Shown: positions 37,026 through 46,317 of the stretch, piece by piece
Position numbering within the stretch: position 1 is the first letter of the stretch
Layout: each line of letters begins with the position of its first letter
Assembly: GCA_036918135.1 (NCBI GenBank)
Contig: JBALDB010000054.1
Location: 32,001-96,000 of the forward strand
DNA from: Nostoc sp.
GTDB lineage: Bacteria > Cyanobacteriota > Cyanobacteriia > Cyanobacteriales > Nostocaceae
DNA length: 64,000 nt
Reading direction: 5' to 3'
The notes under the pieces: generated by a model
What the model was told of the DNA's origin: nothing
Seen by the model: only the letters and a program-made list of their open reading frames with translations
The model's database searches: none
Made by a program: the position numbers and the translations under genes

Positions 37026-38402
37026 TCACCTGTTCGGACAACCTGGCATATTATCTCCAAGCAGCAACCTCGCTAGGCTTGGTAATGCTTCACCATAGGT
37101 GGGATGGATATGAACCGAGCGCTCTAACAACTGCCAGGTTGCTCCTGCTTCCATCAGATCGAGAAAAACATGCACTAGTTCAGCCGTTTCGTACCCTACT
37201 AGGGTGGCTCCCAAGATTTTGTCTGTGTCGCTGTCGATTACCATGCGGTAAAACCCCAAATCATGTCCCCACTCGATCGCGCGAGCAATTTGGCTCATGG
37301 GTAATGTCACAGCACGCGCGTTGATGCCGTGCTTTTGAGCCTGTTCTAATGTCATTCCCACTCGCCCAACTTGAGGTTCCGTGTAGATAGCATAGCCAAG
37401 CACGCGATCGCTCCGCGTCCGGTTTTCTCCACACAAAATTGCCTTCAAGCGGCGATAGTCCTCCCAGGACACATGAGTAAAAGCAGGCTGTTTGGCAGCA
37501 TCTCCGATTGCATAGACTCCAGAACAGGTGGTGTGGAACTGTTCGTTAATTTTGATAAATCCCTGCTCGTCTAGTTCAATTCCACTCTTGGCTGCATTCA
37601 ATCCGCCTGTATTTGGTTTGCGTCCAATCACAACCAACAACGCCTCTGTTTGGAGTTGCTCGCCACTACTCAATGTCACTTTAAATACATCGTTTTCGTG
37701 TGCGACTTGATTTACATTCACCCCAAAGTGAAGCTCAATCCCATCCTGCTGTAATGCTTCTGCTAAGACCTTGCTGACATCAGCCTCTTCCCGATCGAGG
37801 ACGCGATCGCCCCGGACAATTAAGTGGGTCTGACTGCCCAAACGCGCCAATCCCTGCCCTAGTTCCAACCCAATATAGCCACCCCCAATTACCAGTAATC
37901 GGGGTGGTAATGCTTTTAAATCAAAGAAGTTGCGGTTAGTTAGGTAGGGAGTCCCTGCAAGACCCGGAATATCAGGAATCAGTGCTGATGTACCAGTATT
38001 TATAATCACCAAAGGAGCTTCAACAGTGACATCACCCCCGCTAACAGTACGTTCACCAACAAAGGAAGCTTCAGCACAAATGATTTTGACACTTGCATCA
38101 TCCAACCGCTTGTGAATACCTTGATTAAAACTATTACGGATTTCCCGTACTCGCTCCATAACTGTGGGAAAATCAACCTTAATTTCCGTGTGGATGCCTA
38201 ATTTTTTTGCCTGACGGGCACGCCCCGCTGCATGAGCTGCTGCCAAGAATGCTTTGGAAGGAGTGCAACCATAATTAATACAACTGCCGCCTAAAGCATC
38301 CCGCTCAAACAAAACTACCTTGCGCCCCTCTTTGGCAAAATCAACTGCCAGTGGAATGCCTCCTTGACCGCTCCCAATCACAATGACATCTGCTGTTTCC
38401 AT
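37026..38402 (-). CDS. pyridine nucleotide-disulfide oxidoreductase (MerA/RclA/LpdA-like)
   Basis: IGSGQGG, GGSCINYGCTPSK, GGGYIGLE, YAIGD, HIHPTYGE. No C-terminal CC pair. Confidence 0.9.
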   Translation of the reverse strand: METADVIVIGSGQGGIPLAVDFAKEGRKVVLFERDALGGSCINYGCTPSKAFLAAAHAAGRARQAKKLGIHTEIKVDFPTVMERVREIRNSFNQGIHKRLDDASVKIICAEASFVGERTVSGGDVTVEAPLVIINTGTSALIPDIPGLAGTPYLTNRNFFDLKALPPRLLVIGGGYIGLELGQGLARLGSQTHLIVRGDRVLDREEADVSKVLAEALQQDGIELHFGVNVNQVAHENDVFKVTLSSGEQLQTEALLVVIGRKPNTGGLNAAKSGIELDEQGFIKINEQFHTTCSGVYAIGDAAKQPAFTHVSWEDYRRLKAILCGENRTRSDRVLGYAIYTEPQVGRVGMTLEQAQKHGINARAVTLPMSQIARAIEWGHDLGFYRMVIDSDTDKILGATLVGYETAELVHVFLDLMEAGATWQLLERSVHIHPTYGEALPSLARLLLGDNMPGCPNR

Positions 38403-38480
38403 TTGTGCTGGACTCCCTGAGGATAGTTTGCTTTTATAACATTGTCATACTTTAGGTTAAAGATTTTTCACGCATTTGCA

Positions 38481-38682
38481 TTATTGTATATTTGATTTTT
38501 TTGAGACTTGATAGTCAATAAACGGAACCTTACCTTTGGGAGCTAGCTTCAGATTGTCTGCTGTAACGATGACGGTGTTATAAGGGAGGTTCGCCATCCG
38601 AAACCAGGTTTCAAGCTCCATACAGGCTGGACTAATGCTTGGTAGCTCCCATAGAGATAGGGCAGTGTATAAAGTAATCATT
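38481..38682 (-). pseudogene. truncated glutathione S-transferase (N-terminal domain only)
   Basis: MITLY...PSISPACMELETWFRMANLPY...APKGKVPFIDY, then an early stop. Confidence 0.7.
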
Positions 38683-38769
38683 TTCTCAAACTCCTTCATC
38701 CGGCTAAAACGGTTTGACAACCTAGTGTTGGATGTTGCTGCTCCTAGTCTTAGGATTATCTACAAAGAA

Positions 38770-39231
38770 CGTGTATGAGTGGAATCAGAAAACGTGAAAC
38801 CACGAGTAGGGGTAGGGTGTTGGGGATAGGGTATAGTGTTAGGAAATATTCATTTCTTAGAGGTGTAACAGAGGTTACTTCTTCTTCATTCCCCACACCC
38901 TACACCCCAAAACCAGTAACATCAGTGATTTCTGCTTATCTTAGTACCATTCGTGTATGAATATTTAAGTTAGATTCAGATACTATCGAGGCAGTAAAAT
39001 TCTGATGTAGGGATTTTGATATAGCCGTAGTCACACTCTTTAGGACACTTGGAAAGAGTGAATGCTAAAGTTAGCAATAGTTTTACCTCCTGCCCTCTGC
39101 CTCCTGCCTCCTGCTATAAAATAAATTACCCCTCTTGTGAGGTGGGCAGGAAAGCCGACCCTGAATATGAAACGGGTGTCCTCACCCATCCCAAAGAAAA
39201 TTTGGGATATTTTTTATTTGTCAGTTCCTTA
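38770..39231. repeat. cluster of dispersed repeat elements
   Basis: GTAGGGT/CCCTACA heptamers and CCTCCTG repeats. The end TTTGGGATATTTTTTATTTGTCAGTTCCTTA is the reverse complement of the motif at 34666/34773. Confidence 0.55.
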
Positions 39232-39237
39232 GCTTGG

Positions 39238-39279
39238 GCAAAACTGGACGCGATCGCTCAAGGTGAATACGATCTTTAG
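39238..39279 (+). pseudogene. remnant of a crp-family 3' end
   Basis: AKLDAIAQGEYDL*, versus AKLDAIAQGEYNL* of the intact Crp. Nucleotide differences are almost all synonymous. Confidence 0.8.
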
Positions 39280-39295
39280 AAATCACGTCAGCGAG

Positions 39296-40852
39296 TTATG
39301 CAATTGCTGAAGGTACTTGCTGGGAAAGGCGAAGAGCGGCTTTAATTAAATCGGCTGCTTTTTCGCCGATCGTAATGGTGGGCGCGTTCGTATGTCCCGT
39401 GTTGAGAGTTGGCATAATCGATGCATCGACCACACGCAACCCCTCAACTCCACGTACCCGTAGTTCGGGGTCTACAACTGCCATTGGGTCAGTTCCCATT
39501 TTGCAGGTGCCGATAGGATGAAACACAGTACCGCAAACTTCCCGGACATAAGCTTCGAGTGCTGCATCACTTTGAATGTCAGCACCAGGAGCGACCTCCC
39601 TACCGCGAAACTCATCGAAGCCACTGGTTTGGAACAATTGGCGTATTAGTTTAATTCCTTCAACCAACTTTTGCACATCGGATTGACTTTGGAGATAGTT
39701 CAGCCGAATTACTGGTGCATCTTGAGGATTGGGCGAGCGCAAACTCACACTACCAATATTTTCGGGATGAACCAAAGCGATTAGACCCGTGAAACCCAAA
39801 CCAGAGTTGGGATAGCCAGGCGGTGCCCACAGAATCGGGCCGAAAATTAATTCTAAATCTGGCGCAACCCCCTGATTCCTCTGACTGTGCAAAAACAATC
39901 CAGCTTCAGCACACCCATTACTGGTTATTGCTGTGTGTAAATCACCAGTTGCCTCGTATGGCACAGGAACGAGAATATGGTCTTGCAGATTTTGACCCAC
40001 ACCCGGCAAATCAACAACAACTGGAATATCCATTGCTTGTAGTTGTTTTGCATCTCCAATGCCGGAAAGCATCAGCAGCTTGGGTGAATCGAACGAACCC
40101 GCACTTAAAATCACTTCCTGATTGACTCTCACTTGGTGCAGCATTCCTTCGTGTAGGTATTCTACTCCAACCGTGCGGGTTCCCTCAAACAACAACCGTG
40201 TCACCAATGCACCCGTTTGCACCGTTAAATTCGGACGATGCAGAATCGGCACGAGAAATGCTGCAGCAGCACTGTGCCGTTTACCATCTTTGACCGTTAA
40301 CTGAATCGGCCCTGCTCCTTCTTGCTGCGTTCCATTGAAATCAGGATTGTAGTCATAGCCTAGTGCGACTGCTGCATCGATAAATCGTTTCGAGATCGGA
40401 GCCGGGGAAACGACATCGGTAACGCTCAACTCCCCATCAACTCCGTGATACTCAGAGGCACCGCGTTGCTGGTTCTCAGATTTCTTGAAATAGGGCAATA
40501 CATCCTGGTACGACCAACCGGGATTTCCCAATTCCTGCCAATGGTCGTAATCGTGCTGATTGCCCCGGATGTACACCAGGAAATTAATCGAACTGCTGCC
40601 CCCCAAGACTTTGCCACGAGGACAGAAGATTTGGCGATTGTTGATGTACGGTTCTGGTTCAGAGAAATAGCCCCAGTCTACCTCTGTGCCGGGTAGGCGC
40701 GTGCATTCCAGTGGGATATGAATCTCTGGTTTCGTATCTGGATTGCCCGCTTCAAGCAACAACACTGTTGTTTTACTGTCTTCTGTTAGACGGTTGGCGA
40801 CAACACAGCCTGCCGAACCCGCACCAATTACAATGTAGTCATATTGAGTCAT
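39296..40852 (-). CDS. GMC family oxidoreductase (choline dehydrogenase-like)
   Basis: YDYIVIGAGSAGCVVANRL, RGKVLGGSSSIN, GVGQNLQDH, FHPIGTCKMG, LRVVDASIMP, HTNAP. Confidence 0.95.
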   Translation of the reverse strand: MTQYDYIVIGAGSAGCVVANRLTEDSKTTVLLLEAGNPDTKPEIHIPLECTRLPGTEVDWGYFSEPEPYINNRQIFCPRGKVLGGSSSINFLVYIRGNQHDYDHWQELGNPGWSYQDVLPYFKKSENQQRGASEYHGVDGELSVTDVVSPAPISKRFIDAAVALGYDYNPDFNGTQQEGAGPIQLTVKDGKRHSAAAAFLVPILHRPNLTVQTGALVTRLLFEGTRTVGVEYLHEGMLHQVRVNQEVILSAGSFDSPKLLMLSGIGDAKQLQAMDIPVVVDLPGVGQNLQDHILVPVPYEATGDLHTAITSNGCAEAGLFLHSQRNQGVAPDLELIFGPILWAPPGYPNSGLGFTGLIALVHPENIGSVSLRSPNPQDAPVIRLNYLQSQSDVQKLVEGIKLIRQLFQTSGFDEFRGREVAPGADIQSDAALEAYVREVCGTVFHPIGTCKMGTDPMAVVDPELRVRGVEGLRVVDASIMPTLNTGHTNAPTITIGEKAADLIKAALRLSQQVPSAIA

Positions 40853-40921
40853 GTCCGTTCTCCTTTTTTGTTTCTAGGTAAATAAAATTGCTAACACAAC
40901 AAAACTTTTAAAGAAAATTTT

Positions 40922-41245
40922 TCATGATTTTTCCAATCTTAAAATGTTGGTGAAAAATTTTCTAACTTTGAAGATGTTAACAGGTTGAGAGAATTTTATA
41001 GATACTTCTCCTGTATGTGTTCTCTCCACTAAATAGGCTACTCCCCGATAAATTAATTGATAAGTAACTGATGATGTAAAAACTTTCGCAGGCTCGATAT
41101 TTGAGTCAACACGATAGGTTAGCCCACGATAAGTCAGGTTATAAGCAGAACCTCGAAGAAGAACTGGTGCAAAGGGTTGTGTTGCTTTTTTAACTACTTC
41201 TTCTGAGTTATATTCGTAAGTCAGACCGCGATAGTAAAGTTTCAT
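40922..41245 (-). CDS. DUF4278 domain protein (three YRG repeats)
   Basis: MKLYYRGLTY...LTYRGLTY...LIYRGVAY. Confidence 0.85.
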   Translation of the reverse strand: MKLYYRGLTYEYNSEEVVKKATQPFAPVLLRGSAYNLTYRGLTYRVDSNIEPAKVFTSSVTYQLIYRGVAYLVERTHTGEVSIKFSQPVNIFKVRKFFTNILRLEKS

Positions 41246-41263
41246 TTTACGCTCCTAATCTAT

Positions 41264-41535
41264 TTATTTTTACAGGTAAGGACATACCGATTTGGTGTTT
41301 CCTTAATTGGTGCAGGCTTCATTTTGGGTTTAACTGTGGGATAGTAACAGACTTATACAACAGAGTTGTCTGTCCAAGTAAGTAGATAAGATTTGTTACC
41401 AAGTTTGGTCAATCCTGGGGGAATATTTGATGCCGTAGCAATAGCTTTCTAGTTAACTTGAGATGCAGCAATTTTCCAAGCAGAAGTGCTGATAAGTAAA
41501 CTAATACTTGCTATCCAGGTTTTTGATAGTTTCAT
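41264..41535 (-). pseudogene. possible disrupted small secreted protein
   Basis: AGGAG RBS and signal-like MKLSKTWIASISLLISTSAW. Reading continues in a shifted frame (LEAIATASNIPPGLTKLGNKSYLLTWTDNSVV*VCYYP...YVLTCKK*) with an internal stop. Confidence 0.35.
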
Positions 41536-41664
41536 CCGAATTTCTCCTGACAAGTTAAATGTTTTGAGTTTCCCCCAATCTTCTATTCATTTTGTTGGTG
41601 AATTATTTCCTGACATTTAAGCAGTAAAGATTTTTCATAATAGTTGTGACCCCGCTAGATATGT

Positions 41665-41778
41665 TTGTTCGAGCAAATCTAGGCGATCGCCAATTATTAT
41701 CGAGGTAGTAAAATTCTGGTGTTAGACTAGGCGAAGTTAGATGCGCTTGCGACCGCCCAAGCTGAATACGATGTATAG
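41665..41778 (+). pseudogene. decayed remnant of the crp 3' end
   Basis: LFEQI*AIANYYRGSKILVLD*AKLDALATAQAEYDV*, versus LFKQIQAIVTYHRGGKILVLDQAKLDAIAQGEYNL*. Confidence 0.85.
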
Positions 41779-41920
41779 TGGTTTGGCAACCCAAAATTGC
41801 TATGTAGGTCGAGTTGGGGGAGAGGTGCAACTGGCAAAGAAAGAGTTGTTTTTCAATGACCCTTTTTCCTCCCTGCCTCCCCAGTTTGCCACCATGCAAA
41901 CTTACTGTGACAGAGTACTA
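41776..41920. mobile_element. miniature inverted-repeat element
   Basis: Imperfect inverted ends TAGTGGTTTGGCAAC / GTGACAGAGTACTA. Confidence 0.45.
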
Positions 41921-42075
41921 GAGAGTGTCATGAACTTTGGCCTGGGCGCAACAACCGAGCATCTTGACGCAATAAACCATTAAGTCTCTCAATCCGACTT
42001 CAGTTGTATTTTCTTTGCGTTGAAGCAAAGCTGGTTTTAGCCTTGAATCTTGGCAAACCAGCGTTTTGCCACAGG

Positions 42076-42678
42076 CTACTTGACTTGAGTAATTCTCGCC
42101 GAGTAGAGATGCCATTTTCGCTGCTCTGGAGTTGAGCCAGGAACATCATTGACTCGTCTGAGAACATAGCTGCCCTGAAATCGCTGTGGAGTTCCATCAG
42201 TTGCGATCGCAGTAATAGTAACCGGAATCTGAATGTAGGTTGAGCCTGCCCCTGGGTCTGGTCTACCAGGTTTTCCAACCTCTACAGCAACGGATGTGGT
42301 GTTGGCAAAACCTTGCTTGAATTGGTCAAACGATTGCTTGCTAGCAGCCCCATTTCCATCCCAAACCGAGTAAGCTTGTTTATAATCTTGACGGGCGATC
42401 GCACTATAATAGTCACGAATTACTTGGATTGCTTGCTGCCCTGGCTCGGTATTAGCAGAGCTTTGCGTAGGAGAAGCTGGTGACGGTGTGGGAGTGGAGG
42501 CGATGAAATTTCCAACCGATGGGGTATTTACGGAAGGTGGCTGTGATTTAACAGAGTCATTACAGCCTATGAGGGCGATCGCCAGTAGCATTCCGGCAAC
42601 GGACATCCGGTGCTGTTTTAACCAGAGATATAAATAAAAGTAAATCTTTGACAAAGATACCTCCTTGGGATTCCACAT
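42076..42678 (-). CDS. hypothetical lipoprotein
   Basis: Lipobox LIGC, Pro/Ser/Thr linker, IRDYYSAIARQDYKQAY...F.G.Y.LRR...W domain. The start may be the downstream ATG (MSVAG). Confidence 0.8.
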   Translation of the reverse strand: MWNPKEVSLSKIYFYLYLWLKQHRMSVAGMLLAIALIGCNDSVKSQPPSVNTPSVGNFIASTPTPSPASPTQSSANTEPGQQAIQVIRDYYSAIARQDYKQAYSVWDGNGAASKQSFDQFKQGFANTTSVAVEVGKPGRPDPGAGSTYIQIPVTITAIATDGTPQRFQGSYVLRRVNDVPGSTPEQRKWHLYSARITQVK

Positions 42679-42702
42679 ACTGGAAATACACTGGATATAG
42701 TC

Positions 42703-42860
42703 ATATCAAGTTCGGTTAATAACTTACAATATGGTTGGTCTTTTTGGTAATTGGGAAAAAGCGAATTGGGAAAAAGCTAATTGGTAATTGGAATAAATAA
42801 CTGACGATTACCCATTACCGACCCTCACAGATATCATAAGTATTCAACGGGACATGATAT
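42703..42860. mobile_element. miniature inverted-repeat element with GGTAATT/TTACCCA heptamers
   Basis: Ends ATATCAAGTTCGGTTAATAACTTA / TAAGTATTCAACGGGACATGATAT. Confidence 0.55.
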
Positions 42861-43043
42861 CATTGACAAGTTCGGATAAATATGCTTATTATTCCTCACT
42901 TGTAGCGAACTGCTGATTTCACTCAATAAGCTAAAAATAGCTCTGACTATGGGTTACAGTATACTTGCAGTTAGTGTATCACTAATGGCTGAGGATGGGC
43001 GGTTTTGAGGGTTGATGTTTGCAATTCGCTACACCGACGGTAG

Positions 43044-43787
43044 TTAGGCGCTGAATCCTCCATCAATCATTAGATTTGCACCAGTGATGTAAGCTGCCTC
43101 AGACCCAGCTAGATAAGCGACCATCCCTGCAACCTCCTCAACAGTGCCGTAGCGGGGCAGTGCTAGCTGCTTTTTTAGCATCTCGGCAAACTCACCCTCT
43201 GGGGGATTTATATCTGTAGCGATCGGCCCGGGCTGCACGTTATTGATCGTAATTCCCCGCGGGCCGAGGTCACGCGCCAGCCCTTGCACAAGCCCTTGCA
43301 AAGCAGATTTGCTCATGGCATAAACAGAGCTGCCGGCAAATGACACACGTTCGGCGCTGGTGCTGCCAATGTTGATGATGCGTCCGCCTTCTTGCATATG
43401 CTTGACTGCGGCTTGGGTGGCCACAAATACGGCACGCACATTAATGGCAAAGGTGCGATCGAAGTCCGCAAGCGTGAAATCATCAATAGGAGCCATCTGC
43501 ACTACACCTGCGTTATTCACAAGGATATCAATGCCACCCAATTTCTCTACTGTCTGTTCAACAGCAGCCACCACCTCACTGGCTTGGGCACTGTTGGCTT
43601 GGATGTCCAAAGCCTGAACGCCAAGCGCCTGCACCGCCTGCGTGATTTCCTTGGCGCGATCCGGCGAGCTGATGTAGGTGAAAGCAACATCAGCACCTTC
43701 AGTTGCCAAACGCTTAACGATCGCCGCCCCGATACCGCGACTTCCTCCGGTGACGAGTGCGCGTTTATTTTTGAGTGTGTAGTTCAT
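43044..43787 (-). CDS. SDR family oxidoreductase (3-oxoacyl-ACP reductase-like)
   Basis: VTGGSRGIG, LVNNAG, YAMSK, QPGPIATD, IDGG. Confidence 0.95.
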   Translation of the reverse strand: MNYTLKNKRALVTGGSRGIGAAIVKRLATEGADVAFTYISSPDRAKEITQAVQALGVQALDIQANSAQASEVVAAVEQTVEKLGGIDILVNNAGVVQMAPIDDFTLADFDRTFAINVRAVFVATQAAVKHMQEGGRIINIGSTSAERVSFAGSSVYAMSKSALQGLVQGLARDLGPRGITINNVQPGPIATDINPPEGEFAEMLKKQLALPRYGTVEEVAGMVAYLAGSEAAYITGANLMIDGGFSA

Positions 43788-43839
43788 ATTCGATACCGTC
43801 GATTAGAAATTGGATAATTTGCTATTAGTAATTATCTCG

Positions 43840-44532
43840 TCAAACTTCTGCTTCGCTCGATAAAACTTTTGTTACTTCAAAAACTGTATGGGGACTTTTG
43901 AAGGTTAGCCGTGCTTGTGGTTTCTGGAGTGCCACCATAGTTTTCACATGTTCGCATTCGTCATCACGGATGTTTACAAACACGTCGTATAAATTATCTA
44001 CTTTGGGACGGCGAAAGTCATGACCTGGTGCAGTCTGAACTTCATCAAACATATACAGATCCCCATCGCGGTAGAAGTTGATTGCAACCTGGGGCGCTTT
44101 TTGAGCTTTCAGTTTGGCTTCATTGGTTTGCAAGTATTCGTCATAGGTGTGGTAGGCATGACCTTCAATCAGTTCCATCAAGTAGTAGGCGTAAGCGGGA
44201 AACAACATGTAAATCGGCACAACCACCCAGTAGTAAGCCACAGCAACGTGTTGAGCGATGAAGCGATCGATCCAGAGGCGACCGCCGCCCAGTGATTCCA
44301 TAATCAACAGATGATGTAATTCGTTCCAGGTTTCAGCAAAGTGAACTTTCAACAAGTCAGCTTTGCGCCAGTAACCCAGCGTTTCGTAAAAATGTAGCAC
44401 CGATAGATAAGAAAAGTAAGGAACGCGGGCGATGGTTTCCAACATATAAAACCGAGCGTAGGAACGATTTCCGTACACAATATCAACAATAAATACGAAA
44501 AAACTGACGATCGCTCTAATTAAAACTTTCAT
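43840..44532 (-). CDS. ptox: plastoquinol terminal oxidase (alternative oxidase family)
   Basis: RFYMLETIARVPYFSY, ETWNELHHL, IEGHAYHTY, LYDVFVNIRDDECEH (di-iron ligands). ATG at 44532. Confidence 0.93.
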   Translation of the reverse strand: MKVLIRAIVSFFVFIVDIVYGNRSYARFYMLETIARVPYFSYLSVLHFYETLGYWRKADLLKVHFAETWNELHHLLIMESLGGGRLWIDRFIAQHVAVAYYWVVVPIYMLFPAYAYYLMELIEGHAYHTYDEYLQTNEAKLKAQKAPQVAINFYRDGDLYMFDEVQTAPGHDFRRPKVDNLYDVFVNIRDDECEHVKTMVALQKPQARLTFKSPHTVFEVTKVLSSEAEV

Positions 44533-44669
44533 GATGGATTCCTCCAAAATCAGAATATATAACTGATTAGCCAATTCTGAAAGCCGATAGACGTAGGTTT
44601 GTTTTCTTGCGTCAACCTAACGTCTGCATGGGTTTGACTCATCCTATAAATAATTAAACCTACTAAACT

Positions 44670-44831
44670 CTAGCTTGAGGCTCCTGTTTTTGCTGCTTCA
44701 ATAATCAGATTTGCTACTTCAGTCGGATGTGAAACCATTGAGGTGTGACTCGCTGGTAATGAAATCACAGTTGCCCCAATCTGCTTGGCCATAAAACGCT
44801 CTAGTTCTGGCGAAATCATCCGGTAGTTGTC
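44670..44831 (-). pseudogene. C-terminal fragment of an alpha/beta hydrolase
   Basis: Manual translation DNYRMISPELERFMAKQIGATVISLPASHTSMVSHPTEVANLIIEAAKTGASS*. The N-terminal part is absent. Confidence 0.7.
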
Positions 44832-44886
44832 AGTGTTTTGCAACAAAATAAACTACTGATTTGACGATTTCGAGATATTATTTGCG

Positions 44887-45159
44887 TCAGTAGTTATTAG
44901 CAGCTGCAATGGTGGCAAACTCTGTTGCAACCATCTGTCCAACTGCAATCAGCATCATGGCATCATTACCATAAACCTCTCGTAACTGTTTGCGTTTTTC
45001 TTCATCCGGCTGAGTCAGTTTAATAATTAGCCGTGCCATTTTGACTGCCAATTGTCGTCCTTCTTCTGGTGTCTCAGTCAATAGTGAATTGTTAGGGATC
45101 AATGTAACTTCGGGTGGCGTTAAAACAGGTGCATTGGTTGAAGTGATTACATGATTCAT
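44887..45159 (-). CDS. hexameric tyrosine-coordinated heme protein (HTHP)
   Basis: SLLTETPEEGRQLAVKMARLIIKLTQPD...LREVY...LIAVGQMVATEF. Confidence 0.85.
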   Translation of the reverse strand: MNHVITSTNAPVLTPPEVTLIPNNSLLTETPEEGRQLAVKMARLIIKLTQPDEEKRKQLREVYGNDAMMLIAVGQMVATEFATIAAANNY

Positions 45160-45212
45160 GTCAAAATCTCCTGAATTAATATTTTCTTGAGAACAGCATT
45201 GCTTATCTAAAC

Positions 45213-45740
45213 TTAATGAACTACTTGGGCTTGATTAACTACAGGTGCTTCAAATTTGGGAGTAACTGGAGCATAAACGACATACACAGAACAAGGAGCA
45301 TGGTGAAACACATAATTACTCACGCTTCCTAAAATCAACTCATTCAAGCCAGAATGTCCTCGATGACCGACAACAATTAAGTTAGCGCCCCAAGTTTGAG
45401 CAACTTCACAGATATTCCGGCTGGGATTGCCAGAATTTTGCGTGAATTCAGTACTTACCCCTGCATTGGTTGCTTCCTCTGTATACGATCGCAATAATTT
45501 GAAGCCTTGTTCTTCATAACTTTGCCATTGTTTCCAATAATCTTCTAGAAGTTCTCTATCCAGTGGGTAGTATTGCAAGGTTGTCAGTGTAGGGATTTGG
45601 GGGCTATCTTTTTCTTCACTAGACAGGACATGCAATAGCATGAGGCTTGCTTTAGTTACCTTCGCCAGAGCAAGGGCTTCATCAAAAACAGCCTTGCCAT
45701 TCAAAGAACGGTCAATTGCAACTAGAATCTTGCGAAACAT
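45213..45740 (-). CDS. universal stress protein
   Basis: MFRKILVAID, LLHV, LIVVGHRGHSGL.ELILGSVSNYV.HHAPCSVYVV. Confidence 0.93.
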   Translation of the reverse strand: MFRKILVAIDRSLNGKAVFDEALALAKVTKASLMLLHVLSSEEKDSPQIPTLTTLQYYPLDRELLEDYWKQWQSYEEQGFKLLRSYTEEATNAGVSTEFTQNSGNPSRNICEVAQTWGANLIVVGHRGHSGLNELILGSVSNYVFHHAPCSVYVVYAPVTPKFEAPVVNQAQVVH

Positions 45741-45816
45741 AGAATCTCCTGATTTAAACAATCTTGAAACAATGGCTCTAGAGGAAAGATTTGAGGAACT
45801 TATCAGCCTTGAGAAC

Positions 45817-46224
45817 TTATATAACCTTCTGTTCTTGCTTAGTTGCTTTCAATGCCCATCCGCTAATCCAACATCCCAATCCATCTACAATTAATATGAG
45901 GATGGCTGTGACTTGGAAAAGCAGACCCCAACCTGCGAAGGAAACTTGAGAAACATGATCGGGGCTAATTGCAATCAAATGATTGTAGATTGCAAAAAGC
46001 AGCGATCCTGCCATTGAAAAGAGCAGCAGCCAGCTACCAAGGCGGTAGAACTGTGTCCAAAGTAAAACGGCTGCAATGATGGGGGTTAGGAAAATTACAA
46101 AAATCACAAACGAACTCTGAAGCAAAGATAGAGCAACAGGAATTTCTACATGTGCTAAACCATGCAGTCCGTTGGCAAGCGTATGAATGACTACAATAGT
46201 TGTCCCATATTGAACAATCTTCAT
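45817..46224 (-). CDS. hypothetical membrane protein (4 TM, His-rich)
   Basis: Four hydrophobic segments; HGLAH and NHLIAISPDHVS. Likely start MKIVQYG; the ORF extends to 46263. Confidence 0.75.
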   Translation of the reverse strand: MKIVQYGTTIVVIHTLANGLHGLAHVEIPVALSLLQSSFVIFVIFLTPIIAAVLLWTQFYRLGSWLLLFSMAGSLLFAIYNHLIAISPDHVSQVSFAGWGLLFQVTAILILIVDGLGCWISGWALKATKQEQKVI

Positions 46225-46317
46225 CTTTTTTCCTCCTAAGTAGAAAACTTCAACAGACATCATTCATTGATGAGACTAAGAGCGCAACCGCAAATATGCA
46301 ATACTGATTAGCGGGAC

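Noticed and set aside
37026..38402. Mercury resistance (merA) call
   Set aside because: Lacks the C-terminal vicinal cysteine pair and the N-terminal metal-binding domain, and no other mer genes are present.
38775..38960. 61-aa ORF MSGIRKRE...
   Set aside because: Lies within heptamer-repeat elements (GVGYS/PTPYTP-type translations), with no protein-like features.
39049..39279. 76-aa ORF ending AKLDAIAQGEYDL
   Set aside because: Most of it is translated repeat DNA; only the last 13 codons are a crp remnant, reported separately.
41603..42278. Several overlapping short ORFs (41603..41899, 41741..41983, 41918..42115, 42000..42278)
   Set aside because: They span the crp remnant, a repeat element or the lipoprotein gene in other frames, and have no motifs.
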